Part shown: positions 30,169 through 40,581 of the stretch, in pieces
Position numbering within the stretch: position 1 is the first letter of the stretch
Layout: every line of letters begins with the position of its first letter
DNA from: Longimicrobiales bacterium
GTDB lineage: Bacteria > Gemmatimonadota > Gemmatimonadetes > Longimicrobiales > Gaopeijiaceae
Assembly: GCA_965218295.1 (NCBI GenBank)
Contig: CBDCKN010000003.1
Coordinates: forward strand, 64,001-128,000
Length of the DNA: 64,000 bases
Direction: 5' to 3'
The notes under the pieces: generated by a model
The model's database searches: none
The model's input: only the letters and a program-made list of their open reading frames with translations
What the model was told of the DNA's origin: nothing
Made by a program: the position numbers and the translations under genes

Positions 30169-31620
30169 ATGGATCAAGTGCGATCACACGAAGAGCGGGT
30201 GCGTTGGCCCCCCTGCCGAGGTCGGACGACCCGACTCACGGTGTCACCTGCTCTCCTTGTTTGCCTCTTGGTCCTTCCGGGTCCCGGCCATGCTCAGACT
30301 CCGCACGGGGGCGGCACTACACCGAACCCCGCCCTGGCGGACAGTGTGGGCCACGCCACGCTCCGGACGTGGGAAGAAGAGCTTTGGCTCACCCTGCTCG
30401 ACCGTAAGGACTCCTTCGGTGGGCAATTCAGCGACAGAGGAACGCTGAAGCGATTCACCGACCTGATCGACAGGAAGTACTTTCTCGATCTGCTGGGCTT
30501 TCGCTTCAGCCCGATGGAGAGCTACCGCTGGTACCAACGTGACGAAGGCTTCCGCTGGAGGGGTGGGAGTGCCACCTCCCTGGATCTGGCCGCATTCGCG
30601 GAGCTCAAGGCCAAGGTCCCGCTGGGAGGGCCCTGGAACATGGGGGTCCGAATCGATCAGATCTCCGGACCCCGCTTCGACGGGAGCGCCGTGCGGATCC
30701 GCTTCTCGCGCGACCTCGAAGAGACGGCGGTGGCATTCGCCGGATTGCACCTCGATCCACACAAGAACGGGGGGGACATATGGGTGGGCGGACAGTGGAA
30801 CCCCGGCCCCGCGAAGCTCACCGCCCAGTTCACCGTACTCGACTTTCTCAACAACCTGCTCTTCGTGAGGCGTGGCACCGCCGTTTACGCTCGGGGAGAC
30901 ACAACGGTCGTCTACGAACGCCAGCCCACCGCGTTACGCACCTCCGGGGAGGTGGCGCTGAGCGACGAGGTACGCCTCGAGGCCTACGGGAGCGTCGTTC
31001 TTCCGTCGAGCGTCGTGGTCCACCAGGGTGATGATCGTGCGTTGGGCTTCACGCTCGACGAGTCGGTCTGGTATGCGGGCACGATGCTGGAGTGGACCCC
31101 GAACCCGCGCGTCCTCGTCGCCGGTTCGGTCACCAATGTGAGGGCTCGTTCCAAACGGACACCCAACTCCCTCGCCGCGTCCGTCGAGGGTTACGAGTTG
31201 GTCGAGCGCAGCACCGAGGCCGAGGCCTTCCTCGCCTTTCGTCCGTCCGAGCGATGGACGATCAGTGGCACCGCCGTGCGAATGTGGCTGCCCGAGCGCC
31301 GTGCCGTGATGGATGACCCGTCGAGAGACGTCGACTACCTGCTCAACGCATGGCTGACCAAGCTCGACCTCGCGTTCACCGCGAGGGGCGGATTCCTGAG
31401 TCGCGTGAGCCTTCTGACCAGCACCACGAGGGTTCCGCGGGGGTTGGGCAGGATGGACGTGAGGGGGATTCTGGACGACGAGTTCTACCGGTTTCTCCTG
31501 AACCTCGGATGGAGTTTCGAGAACGCCAGGATCGTCGTCGGTGGCGCGTACGATTACGACCCCCACCCCGCCGGTTGGACCTGGGGCACGGCCAATGGCC
31601 GGGTCATCCTTAGGTGGTGA
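30169..31620 (+). CDS. Hypothetical outer-membrane beta-barrel protein
   Basis: Signal-like LLVCLLVLPGPGHA-Q; amphipathic beta strands; terminal Trp. Confidence 0.7.
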   Translation: MDQVRSHEERVRWPPCRGRTTRLTVSPALLVCLLVLPGPGHAQTPHGGGTTPNPALADSVGHATLRTWEEELWLTLLDRKDSFGGQFSDRGTLKRFTDLIDRKYFLDLLGFRFSPMESYRWYQRDEGFRWRGGSATSLDLAAFAELKAKVPLGGPWNMGVRIDQISGPRFDGSAVRIRFSRDLEETAVAFAGLHLDPHKNGGDIWVGGQWNPGPAKLTAQFTVLDFLNNLLFVRRGTAVYARGDTTVVYERQPTALRTSGEVALSDEVRLEAYGSVVLPSSVVVHQGDDRALGFTLDESVWYAGTMLEWTPNPRVLVAGSVTNVRARSKRTPNSLAASVEGYELVERSTEAEAFLAFRPSERWTISGTAVRMWLPERRAVMDDPSRDVDYLLNAWLTKLDLAFTARGGFLSRVSLLTSTTRVPRGLGRMDVRGILDDEFYRFLLNLGWSFENARIVVGGAYDYDPHPAGWTWGTANGRVILRW

Positions 31621-31629
31621 CTCGGCAGT

Positions 31630-31792
31630 CCCAGCGGGCGGGGGGCGGGAGGAGCTGGGGTCTGAAGCTTTCAGCGGGGATCCACACTCCGATACGCGTC
31701 GATTACCGCCCGCTCCCCTTCGCGCCCCGACCGCGAGTTCCCATGCTCCATACCCAGCACCCCACGAAAGCCTTTGTCGTGGATGTGTTGGA
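31630..31792. repeat. Intact copy of the direct repeat (overlaps the hyi-like 3' end)
   Basis: Matches 24826-24942. Confidence 0.92.
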
Positions 31793-32594
31793 ACACGTTC
31801 TTGAAATTGATCTCGCCGGTGGTCGGCTCTCGGCGTCCCGGGTTGTCGCCTATTTGGAAGTACGCGATCTCGTCCCATGCCCGGTCGATGTTGGGAATGA
31901 GATTGCCTTCGTGGATCTGTTGATGGTACAGGTCGTCGAGGATTTTGCACGACGGACTGTTCACCGCGCGACAGATTTCAAACGCTTGGGCCATCTTGGT
32001 GAGAAACTGCCCCGGGTGGTCACGGAAGTTGAGCGGCTCGAGCACCATGACGAGCCCATGCGGTTCCAACATCTCGGATGCTCGGCGCAACTTGTCCACC
32101 ACGTTCGCGGTCTGGTATCCCATGTCGGCTCGGAGGTCGACGTGCCCCAGGACAACGGTCATCCACGTGGCGTTGACTCGCTGTGCGAATTCCACGGAGT
32201 CTCGAACCTCGCGTAGGAATTGCTCGCGGTCTTCATTGCGATCGGTCGTGAGATTCGGTTCGCGCCAGGAAACCGTGTGGGCGACGAACACCCCCATTTG
32301 CATGTTTAGCCGAGTCATTTCTCGCGCGATGCGGTCTCGCAATTCGACAGGGCGCTGTTTCATCCTGTTGTCTTCCAGAGCGCGGAACCCCTCATCGGCC
32401 ATGAACTGCAACTGACCGATCGGATCGCTCCCCGCGTGCTCCTCGAACATGCCAAAGTGTGGGGCAAAATTCATCGTGAACGTCGAGGCTTGGCTGTGCT
32501 CCGTGGCCTCGAGTGTGCGATTAGGGATCAAGGCACCGCCGACGGTCGCGGCGCCCGCGGCGATCGAATGTCTGACGAACGTTCTGCGTTCCAT
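31671..32594 (-). CDS. Tat-exported hydroxypyruvate isomerase / xylose-isomerase-like TIM barrel
   Basis: MERRTFV twin-Arg signal; VLEPLN, DLYHQQIHEGN, QIGDNPGRREP, GMEH. Confidence 0.9.
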   Translation of the reverse strand: MERRTFVRHSIAAGAATVGGALIPNRTLEATEHSQASTFTMNFAPHFGMFEEHAGSDPIGQLQFMADEGFRALEDNRMKQRPVELRDRIAREMTRLNMQMGVFVAHTVSWREPNLTTDRNEDREQFLREVRDSVEFAQRVNATWMTVVLGHVDLRADMGYQTANVVDKLRRASEMLEPHGLVMVLEPLNFRDHPGQFLTKMAQAFEICRAVNSPSCKILDDLYHQQIHEGNLIPNIDRAWDEIAYFQIGDNPGRREPTTGEINFKNVFQHIHDKGFRGVLGMEHGNSRSGREGERAVIDAYRSVDPR

Positions 32595-32732
32595 GTTTGC
32601 CTCAGTTCCGATGCTTGCACGGGCCCGTCGCCCTGTAACACACGAACAGATACCTGGGTCCATGGTTCCAGGAGTGCTATTCCTCTTGCAGGGCCGAGCA
32701 CACGCCGTCGCTCCGAGTTCCTCTTCGGAGAG

Positions 32733-32764
32733 GTATACGTATCTTTATATCGTGAGTATACGTA
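32733..32764. promoter_or_regulatory. Putative operator pair GTATACGTA upstream of the hyi-like gene
   Basis: GTATACGTA at 32733 and 32756 within an AT-rich patch. Confidence 0.5.
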
Positions 32765-32836
32765 CCGGAGGTTGCAGGTTCAAGAAGGCCCGGCAAGTGC
32801 TCACCGACTTCCTTCACGTGGTCAGAGCCGTCCCCC

Positions 32837-33262
32837 CTAGCCGCTCTCCCGGGCCGAGCTCTTCAGGACCTCGTCGAAGAGGAACAGGTCGGTAAGGAGC
32901 GCCCGGAAGTGGATCGAAGCGTTCAGATTGTCGACAAGCTGCGAGCTGATGGCGGACTGGGCCATCACGAGCCGAAGGACCGACCGGGTGTCTCCCGCAT
33001 CCCTCTCGATGACCTTACCGACGTCCCGGTAGGCATCCTCGGGCTGCAGTCCGTCGATGACACCCCCCATCCCTTCCATGAGGGCCCCCAGGGCTTCGTC
33101 CGTGCGGTTCAGGTACTCGCGCAGCTCACCCCCGGAAGCGCTGCCGCCGTCGCCCGACAACCCCTGGGCCGCGTACGCGAGGAAGAACTCGTAGCTCTCC
33201 TCGATCGTGTGGATGTGCTTTCTGAGCTCGTCGGCCGTCACGTCAGGAGGACGCTCCCGCAT
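32837..33262 (-). CDS. Hypothetical helical protein
   Basis: IEESYEFFLAYAAQG ... SQLVDNLNASIHFRALLTDLF; overlaps the upstream cytochrome b gene. Confidence 0.75.
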   Translation of the reverse strand: MRERPPDVTADELRKHIHTIEESYEFFLAYAAQGLSGDGGSASGGELREYLNRTDEALGALMEGMGGVIDGLQPEDAYRDVGKVIERDAGDTRSVLRLVMAQSAISSQLVDNLNASIHFRALLTDLFLFDEVLKSSARESG

Positions 33263-34166
33263 CGAACGTCATGCTCTCGTCGCCCGCCGGCGCCTCGGAC
33301 GCCGCCACCTCGCCCACCGACCCATGGGCAGCCGCCGCCGACACTAGCCCCGGCTCTTCGGCCCCCGCGATGACCCACCGCCCAGGATCGTGGTGCCCTA
33401 AGTACTCGCTCCGAGAAATCCATCCGAAGATCATGGATTTTGTGATCCACCACTTGTCCGGCCTTATCGCGAAGTAGATGTGCGTGATGGTCAGGCCGAT
33501 CAGCACGACTCCTCCGAGGCCATGCAGCACGTAGACCACACCCCATGAGCTGTCGGCGAGCATGTACGGGTTCGCCGTCCAGAAGGGTGTCTCCAGTCGC
33601 AGCATCATCAGCACCCCGGTGGCGATGGCCACCAGGCCCGCCACCGCCGCAGCGTGGTGGAAGAGCTTGTGGTCGATGGGGTACTTGCCTGTCTTGGGCG
33701 CCTCCGCCCCGCCGCGCCCCAGCATGTGGTTGACCTCCGCTATCCCCGCCTTGATGTCCGCCTTGTCGATCCACATCGCCCACAGGTCCTGCCAGAAGGT
33801 GGCGCGGATGATGTGATAGACGATCATGGCGGTGAGGATCACCCCTGCCACCCAGTGGATCGTCACCCAGGCGAACTGGATGCCCAGAACCGGGAAGAAG
33901 GCCGTCACCAGAAGCACGAGCATTACCAGCGACATGAGCCAGTGGAAGACCCGCTCGGACATGGCGTGCCGAAGGATCCGGCTGGGAAGGCCCGAGCTCG
34001 CGTCATCCGACGGCGCCGCGCCCGCCGGCGCCAGGAAGCGCGCCCATACGGCGTGCAGCACCACGAAGCCGGCTCCGGCGATTATGGCAGCCCACATGAG
34101 GTCCCACGACACTCCGATCAGGACCTCCTGATTCCACGGATTGACCGCTCGCCGCCAGAGTTCCAT
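33243..34166 (-). CDS. Cytochrome b/b6-domain membrane protein (formate dehydrogenase gamma-like)
   Basis: ERVFHW, TIHWVAG, GKYPIDHKLFH, VLHG, THIYFA, SMIFGWI...HH; GGAG RBS before ATG 34166. Confidence 0.85.
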   Translation of the reverse strand: MELWRRAVNPWNQEVLIGVSWDLMWAAIIAGAGFVVLHAVWARFLAPAGAAPSDDASSGLPSRILRHAMSERVFHWLMSLVMLVLLVTAFFPVLGIQFAWVTIHWVAGVILTAMIVYHIIRATFWQDLWAMWIDKADIKAGIAEVNHMLGRGGAEAPKTGKYPIDHKLFHHAAAVAGLVAIATGVLMMLRLETPFWTANPYMLADSSWGVVYVLHGLGGVVLIGLTITHIYFAIRPDKWWITKSMIFGWISRSEYLGHHDPGRWVIAGAEEPGLVSAAAAHGSVGEVAASEAPAGDESMTFDAGASS

Positions 34167-34689
34167 GGCTAACTCCCCGCCCCGAACGTCCTTCTCGAGA
34201 CCGTGCGCTCCGGAGTGCCGATGATCTCGACGTCGCTCATGGAGCCTACCCCCCTTACGTGAATACGACGGCAGAAGAACTGGCGGCCCTCCGCCCGCCT
34301 CGGAGCAAGATACGAGGGAAGCCCACTGTGGGCGAGTACAGATCGGGGTCTTACGCGACCTCTCGTCTGAACCGCAGAGTCGCCAGGAGATGGTCAAACG
34401 ATCGTATGAGTCGGCCCTGGGCCGGTAGTGGCGGAGTGCCAAAGCAGGATCGATGAATCCGGCACCACGGGACGCTTGGGTTAGTGTTCCGTCTCCCCCT
34501 GAATCCTTTCGCCGGGGCCCGCGCGTATTAGAATTACCAGGGCGATCGCAACCTTCGGAACACGAGGCCCTCTCCGGCCTGAGGCCTCTCTCTCCGCGAG
34601 CTCGAGCGACGCTCGAGCCCCGAGCAGACGGGCTTCCGGCCTCTATACCCGGATAGCACGGCCGCACGAACGCGGGTACCTTTCCCGCC

Positions 34690-37600
34690 GTGAGCCAGCC
34701 AGAGCCGGACCGACGCCCGCGCCTCAGCAAGGTGCAAGCCCTCGACCTCCTCGGGTCCCACTTCGGACTCGTGGGCGACGTCGCGTCCCTACCGAGCGAG
34801 CGCGATCAGAACTTCCGTGTAGTGTCCGATCGAGGGGACCGGTTCGTTCTGAAGATCGCCCACCCCGATGTGCCCACGGCTCTTCTGGAGCTCCAAGCCG
34901 ACGTCTTGGCGTTCCTGACCGAGCGGGACATCGGTGTCGATCTCCCCAGGATCGTACCGACCACGACCGGGGATAGCGGCTTTGCCGCCCCTGGCGACGA
35001 CGGAGCCACGCACTGGGTGCGACTCCTCACCTACGTCGAGGGTGAGATCATGGGGACCGGCCGGCCCAGGACGCCCTCCCTCCTGGAGTCTTTCGGCGAA
35101 GCGATGGGCCGCCTGGACGCAGCGCTCTCCGAATTCGACCACCCGGCCGCGGTCCGCCCGGACTTCCAGTGGGATCTGACCCGCGCCCACCAGGTCATGG
35201 ACGCCAACCTCTCCCATATCCGAAAAAAGGAGCGGGGAGCCCGGGTCGAGGCGGTCCGACGCGAATTCGAGACCGTCGTAGTACCGCTCCTACCCGAGGT
35301 GCCGAGGAGCGTCATCCACAACGACGCCAACGACTACAACGTTCTCGTCAGTCCTCCCACACCGGAGGGACGGACGGTCGTCGGACTCGTGGACTTCGGG
35401 GACGCTCTCGAGAGCGCGACCGTGTGTGACTTGGCCGTAGGCGCCGCCTACGCCCTCTTCGGGGCGTCCGACCCTATGGCCGCCATGATCTCGGTGGTGC
35501 GCGGGTACCATCGCGTTCGTCCCCTCACCGAGACGGAGCTGGAGATTCTCTTCCCCCTCGTCCGGGCGCGGCTGGGCGTGAGTGTCAGCATCTCCGCCTC
35601 CCGGGGTGGAGGGGCTTCGGAAGACTCGTACCTGACGATCAGCGAGGCTCCGGCATGGGATGCGCTGACCGATCTGGCCGCAGTCCATCCGCGCGTCGCC
35701 CGGAACCTCCTCAGAGACGCGTGTGAACTCGAGCCGTGCCCGAGTCACGACCAGGTTACCGGCTGGATCGAATGGCACCGGAAGGAGATGGGCCCTGTGG
35801 TCAGCGAGAGCCTGGACGATGCCCTGGTCTTCGATCTCAGCGCAGCCAGCCCCGAGATCGACGACCTGGACCGGGTCCTCGACGCCGCCGCGTTCAGGAC
35901 ACACCTCCTGCGCCGTCTCGAAGAGGAGGGCGCCACGGTGGGCATCGGCCGATACGCCGAGCCCCGTGTGTGCTACGCCTCGGACGACTACGCGCAGGCC
36001 GCTGGGGAATTCCCGGAGCGTCGCACCGTGCACACCGCCATCGACATCTTCCTCCCCGTAGGGAGCCCGGTCCTGGCCCCCCTCGACGGCCACGTTCACA
36101 GCGTTCAGAACAACTCGGAGCGACTGGACTACGGGCCCACGATCCTGCTCGAGCACTCCCCCAAGGACGCCCCGACCTTCTACACACTATACGGGCACCT
36201 GGATGAGGAGTCGCTGGAGGGCCTGGAGGTGGGGATGCCCGTGGAGCGCGGTCAGCAGATCGCCCAGCTCGGTGACTTTCCCGAGAACGGGGACTGGCCG
36301 CCGCATCTCCACTTCCAGCTGATCACCGACCTTCTGGACATGGAGGGCACCTTCCCGGGGGTCGCGCTTCCCAGCCAGCGGAACGTGTGGCTGAGCATCT
36401 CCCCCGACCCGGGCCTCATACTGGACCTGCCCGAGGGCTCCACTTTCGCTCCCGAGGTGCCGCTTCACCAGATCAGAGACCTCCGCCGGGAGCATCTGGG
36501 GCCGTCCCTCCGCCTCTCGTACAGAGAGCCGCTCCACATCGTCCGAGGGTGGAAGCAGCACCTCATCGATGCGGATGGGCAGGCCTACCTGGACGGGGTG
36601 AACAACGTCTGTCACGTGGGCCACTGCCATCCCCGAGTCGTGGAGGCCGCCCGAAAGCAGATGGGGGTCCTGAACACGAACACCCGCTACCTCCACGAGA
36701 CCATCGGCCGCTACTGCGAGCGTCTCACCGCCACCCTGCCCGATCCGCTCTCGGTGTGCTTCCTCGTGAACTCGGGGAGCGAGGCGAACGAGTTGGCATT
36801 CCGGCTCGCCCATGCCCACACCCAACGCGACGACTTCATCGTGGTGGAGGGCGCCTACCATGGGAACACGGGAGCCACCATTGCAGCCAGCCCCTACAAG
36901 TTCGACGGACCGGGGGGCGAGGGTGCCGCCCCGCACATCCATACCGTGGCCATGCCCGACGACTACCGGGGGCTTTTCCGGCGGTCGGACCCGGATCGCG
37001 GCCAGCGGTTCGCGGATCTGCTCCTGGAGGCCATAGCGGAGGCGCAGCGGCGATCGTTCGGCCCCGCCGCGTTCATCTGCGAGAGCCTGTTGAGCTGCGG
37101 AGGACAGATCGAGCTCCCTCCGGGCTACCTCGCGGCGGCATACGCCCTGGTGCGCAAGGATGGCGGCGTGTGCATCTGCGACGAGGTCCAGGTGGGCTTC
37201 GGCCGCGTGGGAAGCCACTTCTGGGGCTTCGAGACTCAGGGCGTCGTGCCCGACATCGTGACCATGGGCAAGCCCATGGGGAACGGGCATCCACTGGGCG
37301 CCGTAGTCACCACGCCCGAGATCGCCGAGAGCTTCGCCAACGGCATGGAGTACTTCAACACCTTCGGCGGCAATCCGGTATCGTGCGCAGTCGGCCTGGC
37401 GGTCCTGGACGTCATCGAGGACGAGGGTCTCCAGGAGCACGCCCTCCGCGTCGGCAGCCGCATGCGCGACGGGCTCGTCTCACTGATGGGGCGGCACCCG
37501 GCGGTGGGAGACGTGCGCGGCCTGGGCCTGTTTCTCGGGATCGAGATCGTCTCCGATCATGCGAGCCGCGAGCCCCACCCCGGAGTCGCCGAGTACGTCG

Positions 37601-37770
37601 TCGAGAGGATGAAGGACCATGGCATCCTACTGAGCACCGACGGACCCGACTACAACGTCATCAAGATCAAGCCACCCCTCGTGTTCGATCAGAACGACGC
37701 CGACCGCGTCGTCGAGGTGATGGACCGCGTGCTTTCGGACGACTACGTAACCCGGAATTGCGGAGGGTGA
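34690..37770 (+). CDS. Fusion of APH-like kinase, M23 peptidase-like domain and class-III PLP aminotransferase (hydroxylysine kinase/phospholyase-like)
   Basis: [24 protein letters not shown] and [37 protein letters not shown]. Confidence 0.92.
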   Translation: MSQPEPDRRPRLSKVQALDLLGSHFGLVGDVASLPSERDQNFRVVSDRGDRFVLKIAHPDVPTALLELQADVLAFLTERDIGVDLPRIVPTTTGDSGFAAPGDDGATHWVRLLTYVEGEIMGTGRPRTPSLLESFGEAMGRLDAALSEFDHPAAVRPDFQWDLTRAHQVMDANLSHIRKKERGARVEAVRREFETVVVPLLPEVPRSVIHNDANDYNVLVSPPTPEGRTVVGLVDFGDALESATVCDLAVGAAYALFGASDPMAAMISVVRGYHRVRPLTETELEILFPLVRARLGVSVSISASRGGGASEDSYLTISEAPAWDALTDLAAVHPRVARNLLRDACELEPCPSHDQVTGWIEWHRKEMGPVVSESLDDALVFDLSAASPEIDDLDRVLDAAAFRTHLLRRLEEEGATVGIGRYAEPRVCYASDDYAQAAGEFPERRTVHTAIDIFLPVGSPVLAPLDGHVHSVQNNSERLDYGPTILLEHSPKDAPTFYTLYGHLDEESLEGLEVGMPVERGQQIAQLGDFPENGDWPPHLHFQLITDLLDMEGTFPGVALPSQRNVWLSISPDPGLILDLPEGSTFAPEVPLHQIRDLRREHLGPSLRLSYREPLHIVRGWKQHLIDADGQAYLDGVNNVCHVGHCHPRVVEAARKQMGVLNTNTRYLHETIGRYCERLTATLPDPLSVCFLVNSGSEANELAFRLAHAHTQRDDFIVVEGAYHGNTGATIAASPYKFDGPGGEGAAPHIHTVAMPDDYRGLFRRSDPDRGQRFADLLLEAIAEAQRRSFGPAAFICESLLSCGGQIELPPGYLAAAYALVRKDGGVCICDEVQVGFGRVGSHFWGFETQGVVPDIVTMGKPMGNGHPLGAVVTTPEIAESFANGMEYFNTFGGNPVSCAVGLAVLDVIEDEGLQEHALRVGSRMRDGLVSLMGRHPAVGDVRGLGLFLGIEIVSDHASREPHPGVAEYVVERMKDHGILLSTDGPDYNVIKIKPPLVFDQNDADRVVEVMDRVLSDDYVTRNCGG

Positions 37771-38741
37771 CGCGAGAGCGGGCCGTACCCTGGATTCTGG
37801 TCGGTCTCTACTGGTTTGTCCTGGCCACGCTGGCGGGGGAGCTCAAGCTCGACCACCTCACCTACGGTGGTGCCGTGCTCCTCCTGGCTCACCTCGGGCC
37901 CCGTGGGCGACAGGTGCTGCTCTTCCTCCTCCCCTTCATCCTGACGGGCGTCATCTACGACAGCCAACGATACTGGGGTCCCCACGTACGGGGCGCGCCC
38001 CACATCGCCGAGCCCTACCTCCTGGAGAGAAGCCTTTTCGGTGTCTCGTCGCCCAACGGGCCCCTGACGCTCAACGAGTGGTTCGGACTGCATCTCCACC
38101 CCGTCCTCGACCTCATTGCGGGCGGCGCATACCTGACGTTCATTGGGATCTTCATGGTGGTGGCCTTGCTCCTGACCCGCCGCATCTACAGGGGCAGCAT
38201 GGAAGACGGCGCCGGGGACGTGCGCGGAGACTGGAGCCCGGAGCGTCGTTTCTGGACGGCTCAGACCCTGGTGTGGTGCTTCCTCGTGGTCAATGTCGTG
38301 GGGTACGCTACCTGGTATCTCTATCCCGCCGCACCACCGTGGTACATCGAGGCGTACGGCCTCGAGACGCTGCTCTTGGATGTACCGGCGAGCCTGGGCC
38401 GAACTGCCCGCTTCGACGACCTCTTGGGGACGAGCTTCTTCGCCAGGTTGTACGGGTACGAGTCGAACCCGTTCGGGGCGATCCCATCGCTCCACATATC
38501 GTACCCCACACTCTCCGTCTTCTTCACCTTCAGGCTCGGAGCGCTCCGGACCCTCACGGTGGCATTCCTCGCCGTCATGTGCTTCGCGGCCGTCTATCTG
38601 AACCACCACTACGTGATCGACGTGGTGCTGGGTGTGCTCTACGGGTTGGTAGCGGGGGTGATGACGGTGGCAGGCGCCGAATGGGCGATCACTTCTTCTT
38701 CTTTTCGTCCTTCAAGAGAACGGAGAGGAGCATGGATATGA
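37767..38741 (+). CDS. PAP2-superfamily / AUR1 inositol-phosphorylceramide-synthase-like membrane protein
   Basis: GTGA overlap with the previous stop; YPAAPPWY, GAIPSLH, NHHYVID. Confidence 0.85.
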   Translation: MTRERAVPWILVGLYWFVLATLAGELKLDHLTYGGAVLLLAHLGPRGRQVLLFLLPFILTGVIYDSQRYWGPHVRGAPHIAEPYLLERSLFGVSSPNGPLTLNEWFGLHLHPVLDLIAGGAYLTFIGIFMVVALLLTRRIYRGSMEDGAGDVRGDWSPERRFWTAQTLVWCFLVVNVVGYATWYLYPAAPPWYIEAYGLETLLLDVPASLGRTARFDDLLGTSFFARLYGYESNPFGAIPSLHISYPTLSVFFTFRLGALRTLTVAFLAVMCFAAVYLNHHYVIDVVLGVLYGLVAGVMTVAGAEWAITSSSFRPSRERRGAWI

Positions 38742-39048
38742 TGGAGATGACCACGCTGCCCACCACCGCCGGCCAGATCCCCCGAACGGCGAAGTTGTCC
38801 ACTAGCTCGGCGGTGAAGAGCAGCATGGCGCCGTTGATCACCAGATAGAAGAGGCCCAGGGTGAAGAAGAGGAACGGCAGCGAGAAGAAGAAGACGATGG
38901 GCTTCACCAGGGCGTTCACCAGCCCAAACACGAAGGCCACCAGAAGCACATCCAGGTACCCTCCCGTCAGGTCGATGCCGTTGACGAAGTAGGCAGCCCC
39001 GGTCAGGGCGAAGGCGTTGATGATGAGGCGAATCGCGAAGTTTCTCAC
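38689..39048 (-). CDS. YvlD/DUF360 4-TM membrane protein ('phage holin family')
   Basis: GLVNALVKPI...SLPFLFFTLGLFYLVINGAML. Confidence 0.85.
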   Translation of the reverse strand: MRNFAIRLIINAFALTGAAYFVNGIDLTGGYLDVLLVAFVFGLVNALVKPIVFFFSLPFLFFTLGLFYLVINGAMLLFTAELVDNFAVRGIWPAVVGSVVISIISMLLSVLLKDEKKKK

Positions 39049-39344
39049 CCGTCGTCTCCCGAGGTCGGTCCAAAGAGGATGATCTGGTCCGGCACCATCG
39101 TCAGTCCAGCACGATCGCCAGTTCGGCCCGATCCTCTGCCGGGCAAGGCACTTACTCCGGCACGACCTGCGGGTCCCGGTCACCCAGGAAGTAGCGGGCC
39201 ACGTCGATGACATCGATGACGACCGATATACCATCCACGACGAGAACGGCGAGGATTCAGTTTCGGAACAGGCCGCTGGACGTCGATGCGGGTCGCGATC
39301 CCCCAACGTCGCGCGCGGCACAAGCGAGGGTATCTTAGCCCACG

Positions 39345-40511
39345 ATGAACGCGCACACACACATGGACGGTTCCCCCGGACCCCTCGTCACGATCCGCTG
39401 GACTGACGACGACGCTGGCCTGGTCATTCTCGATCAGACCGAGCTTCCCGGCTCGGAGGTCTACCGGGAGCTCCGAACGCTTCAAGAAGTGCACGAAGCC
39501 ATCACGAGCTTGCGGGTGCGTGGCGCTCCACTCGTCGGCATCACGGCAGCGATGGGCGTGGCTGCGCTGGCCAGCGCGCGGATCGGCGAGGAGGGAGGGA
39601 GGGCCGGCGACACCTCGGGCCATCACCCCTCGCCTCTTTCGGCCGATGAGGTGACGGAGTGGTGCCGCCATCTCGCCCAGGCCCGTCCCACCGCCGTGAA
39701 CCTCGGCTGGGCCCTTGAGCGCATGATCTCGACAGCGCTGGGAGCCCCGTGGGACGACCCGGCTGAGCTGGCCTATGCCCTGCGTGAGGAGGCCGGCCGC
39801 ATCCTGGACGAGGACCGGGTCATGTGCCGGCAGATCGGGGAGCACGCACTACCGCTGGTCGACGACGGGGCGTCCGTCCTCACCCACTGCAACGCCGGTG
39901 CCCTGGCCACCGGGGGGATCGGCACGGCCCTGGCGCCCCTATACCTGGCCCACCAGGTGGGTCGCTCGGTCCGGGTGTTCTCCACCGAGACGCGTCCGCT
40001 CCTGCAGGGGAGCAGGCTGACGGCGTGGGAGCTGGGCCGGGCCGGAATCGACGTGACGGTCATCACGGACAACATAGCGGGGGCGCTCTTCGGTGAGCTC
40101 CGCCCCGACATCGTATTCGTGGGAGCCGACCGGATCGCCGCCAACGGCGACGTGGCCAACAAGGTCGGGACGTACGCCCTGGCGGTCCTCGCCCGTCACC
40201 ACGAGGTCCCCTTCTACGTGCTGGCGCCGACGTCCACGGTGGATCTCAAGACCCCGTCCGGCGCCGACATCCCCATCGAGTTCCGAGGGGCAGAAGAGGT
40301 CTCCCGGGGGTTCGGACCGCTCACCGCCCCATCCGACGCCCAGGTGTGGAGCCCGGCGTTCGACATCACGCCCGCGAGCCTCGTCTCCGGCATTGTCACG
40401 GAGCACGGGATCCACACCCACCCGCTGGGAGAAGCGCTGGCGGAGGCCGTCCGCAGGGCCGACGAAGAACGCGGTAGGCGCCCGCTGACCAGCGAGGAGC
40501 CGACGTCGTGA
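39345..40511 (+). CDS. mtnA: Methylthioribose-1-phosphate isomerase
   Basis: LDQTELP, VRGAP, RPTAVNL, THCNAGALAT, ETRPLLQGSRLT, GADRIAANGD, PAFDITP. Confidence 0.96.
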   Translation: MNAHTHMDGSPGPLVTIRWTDDDAGLVILDQTELPGSEVYRELRTLQEVHEAITSLRVRGAPLVGITAAMGVAALASARIGEEGGRAGDTSGHHPSPLSADEVTEWCRHLAQARPTAVNLGWALERMISTALGAPWDDPAELAYALREEAGRILDEDRVMCRQIGEHALPLVDDGASVLTHCNAGALATGGIGTALAPLYLAHQVGRSVRVFSTETRPLLQGSRLTAWELGRAGIDVTVITDNIAGALFGELRPDIVFVGADRIAANGDVANKVGTYALAVLARHHEVPFYVLAPTSTVDLKTPSGADIPIEFRGAEEVSRGFGPLTAPSDAQVWSPAFDITPASLVSGIVTEHGIHTHPLGEALAEAVRRADEERGRRPLTSEEPTS

Positions 40512-40581
40512 CGGACGACATGGCGTGATCGAAACCCTGTCCACCGATTGACGCCGGCCCGACCCACTCCGTGCTACCGCC

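Noticed and set aside
34170..34689. ncRNA in the long intergenic region
   Set aside because: Only short GC hairpins are visible, with no recognisable family motif.
36387..37766. N-terminal extension of the 784-aa ORF and other long Arg/Gly/Pro-rich alternative-frame ORFs
   Set aside because: Shadow frames overlapping well-supported genes, expected in high-GC DNA.
38689..39048. Prophage implied by a 'phage holin family' protein
   Set aside because: DUF360/YvlD proteins are common chromosomal genes and no phage genes are nearby.
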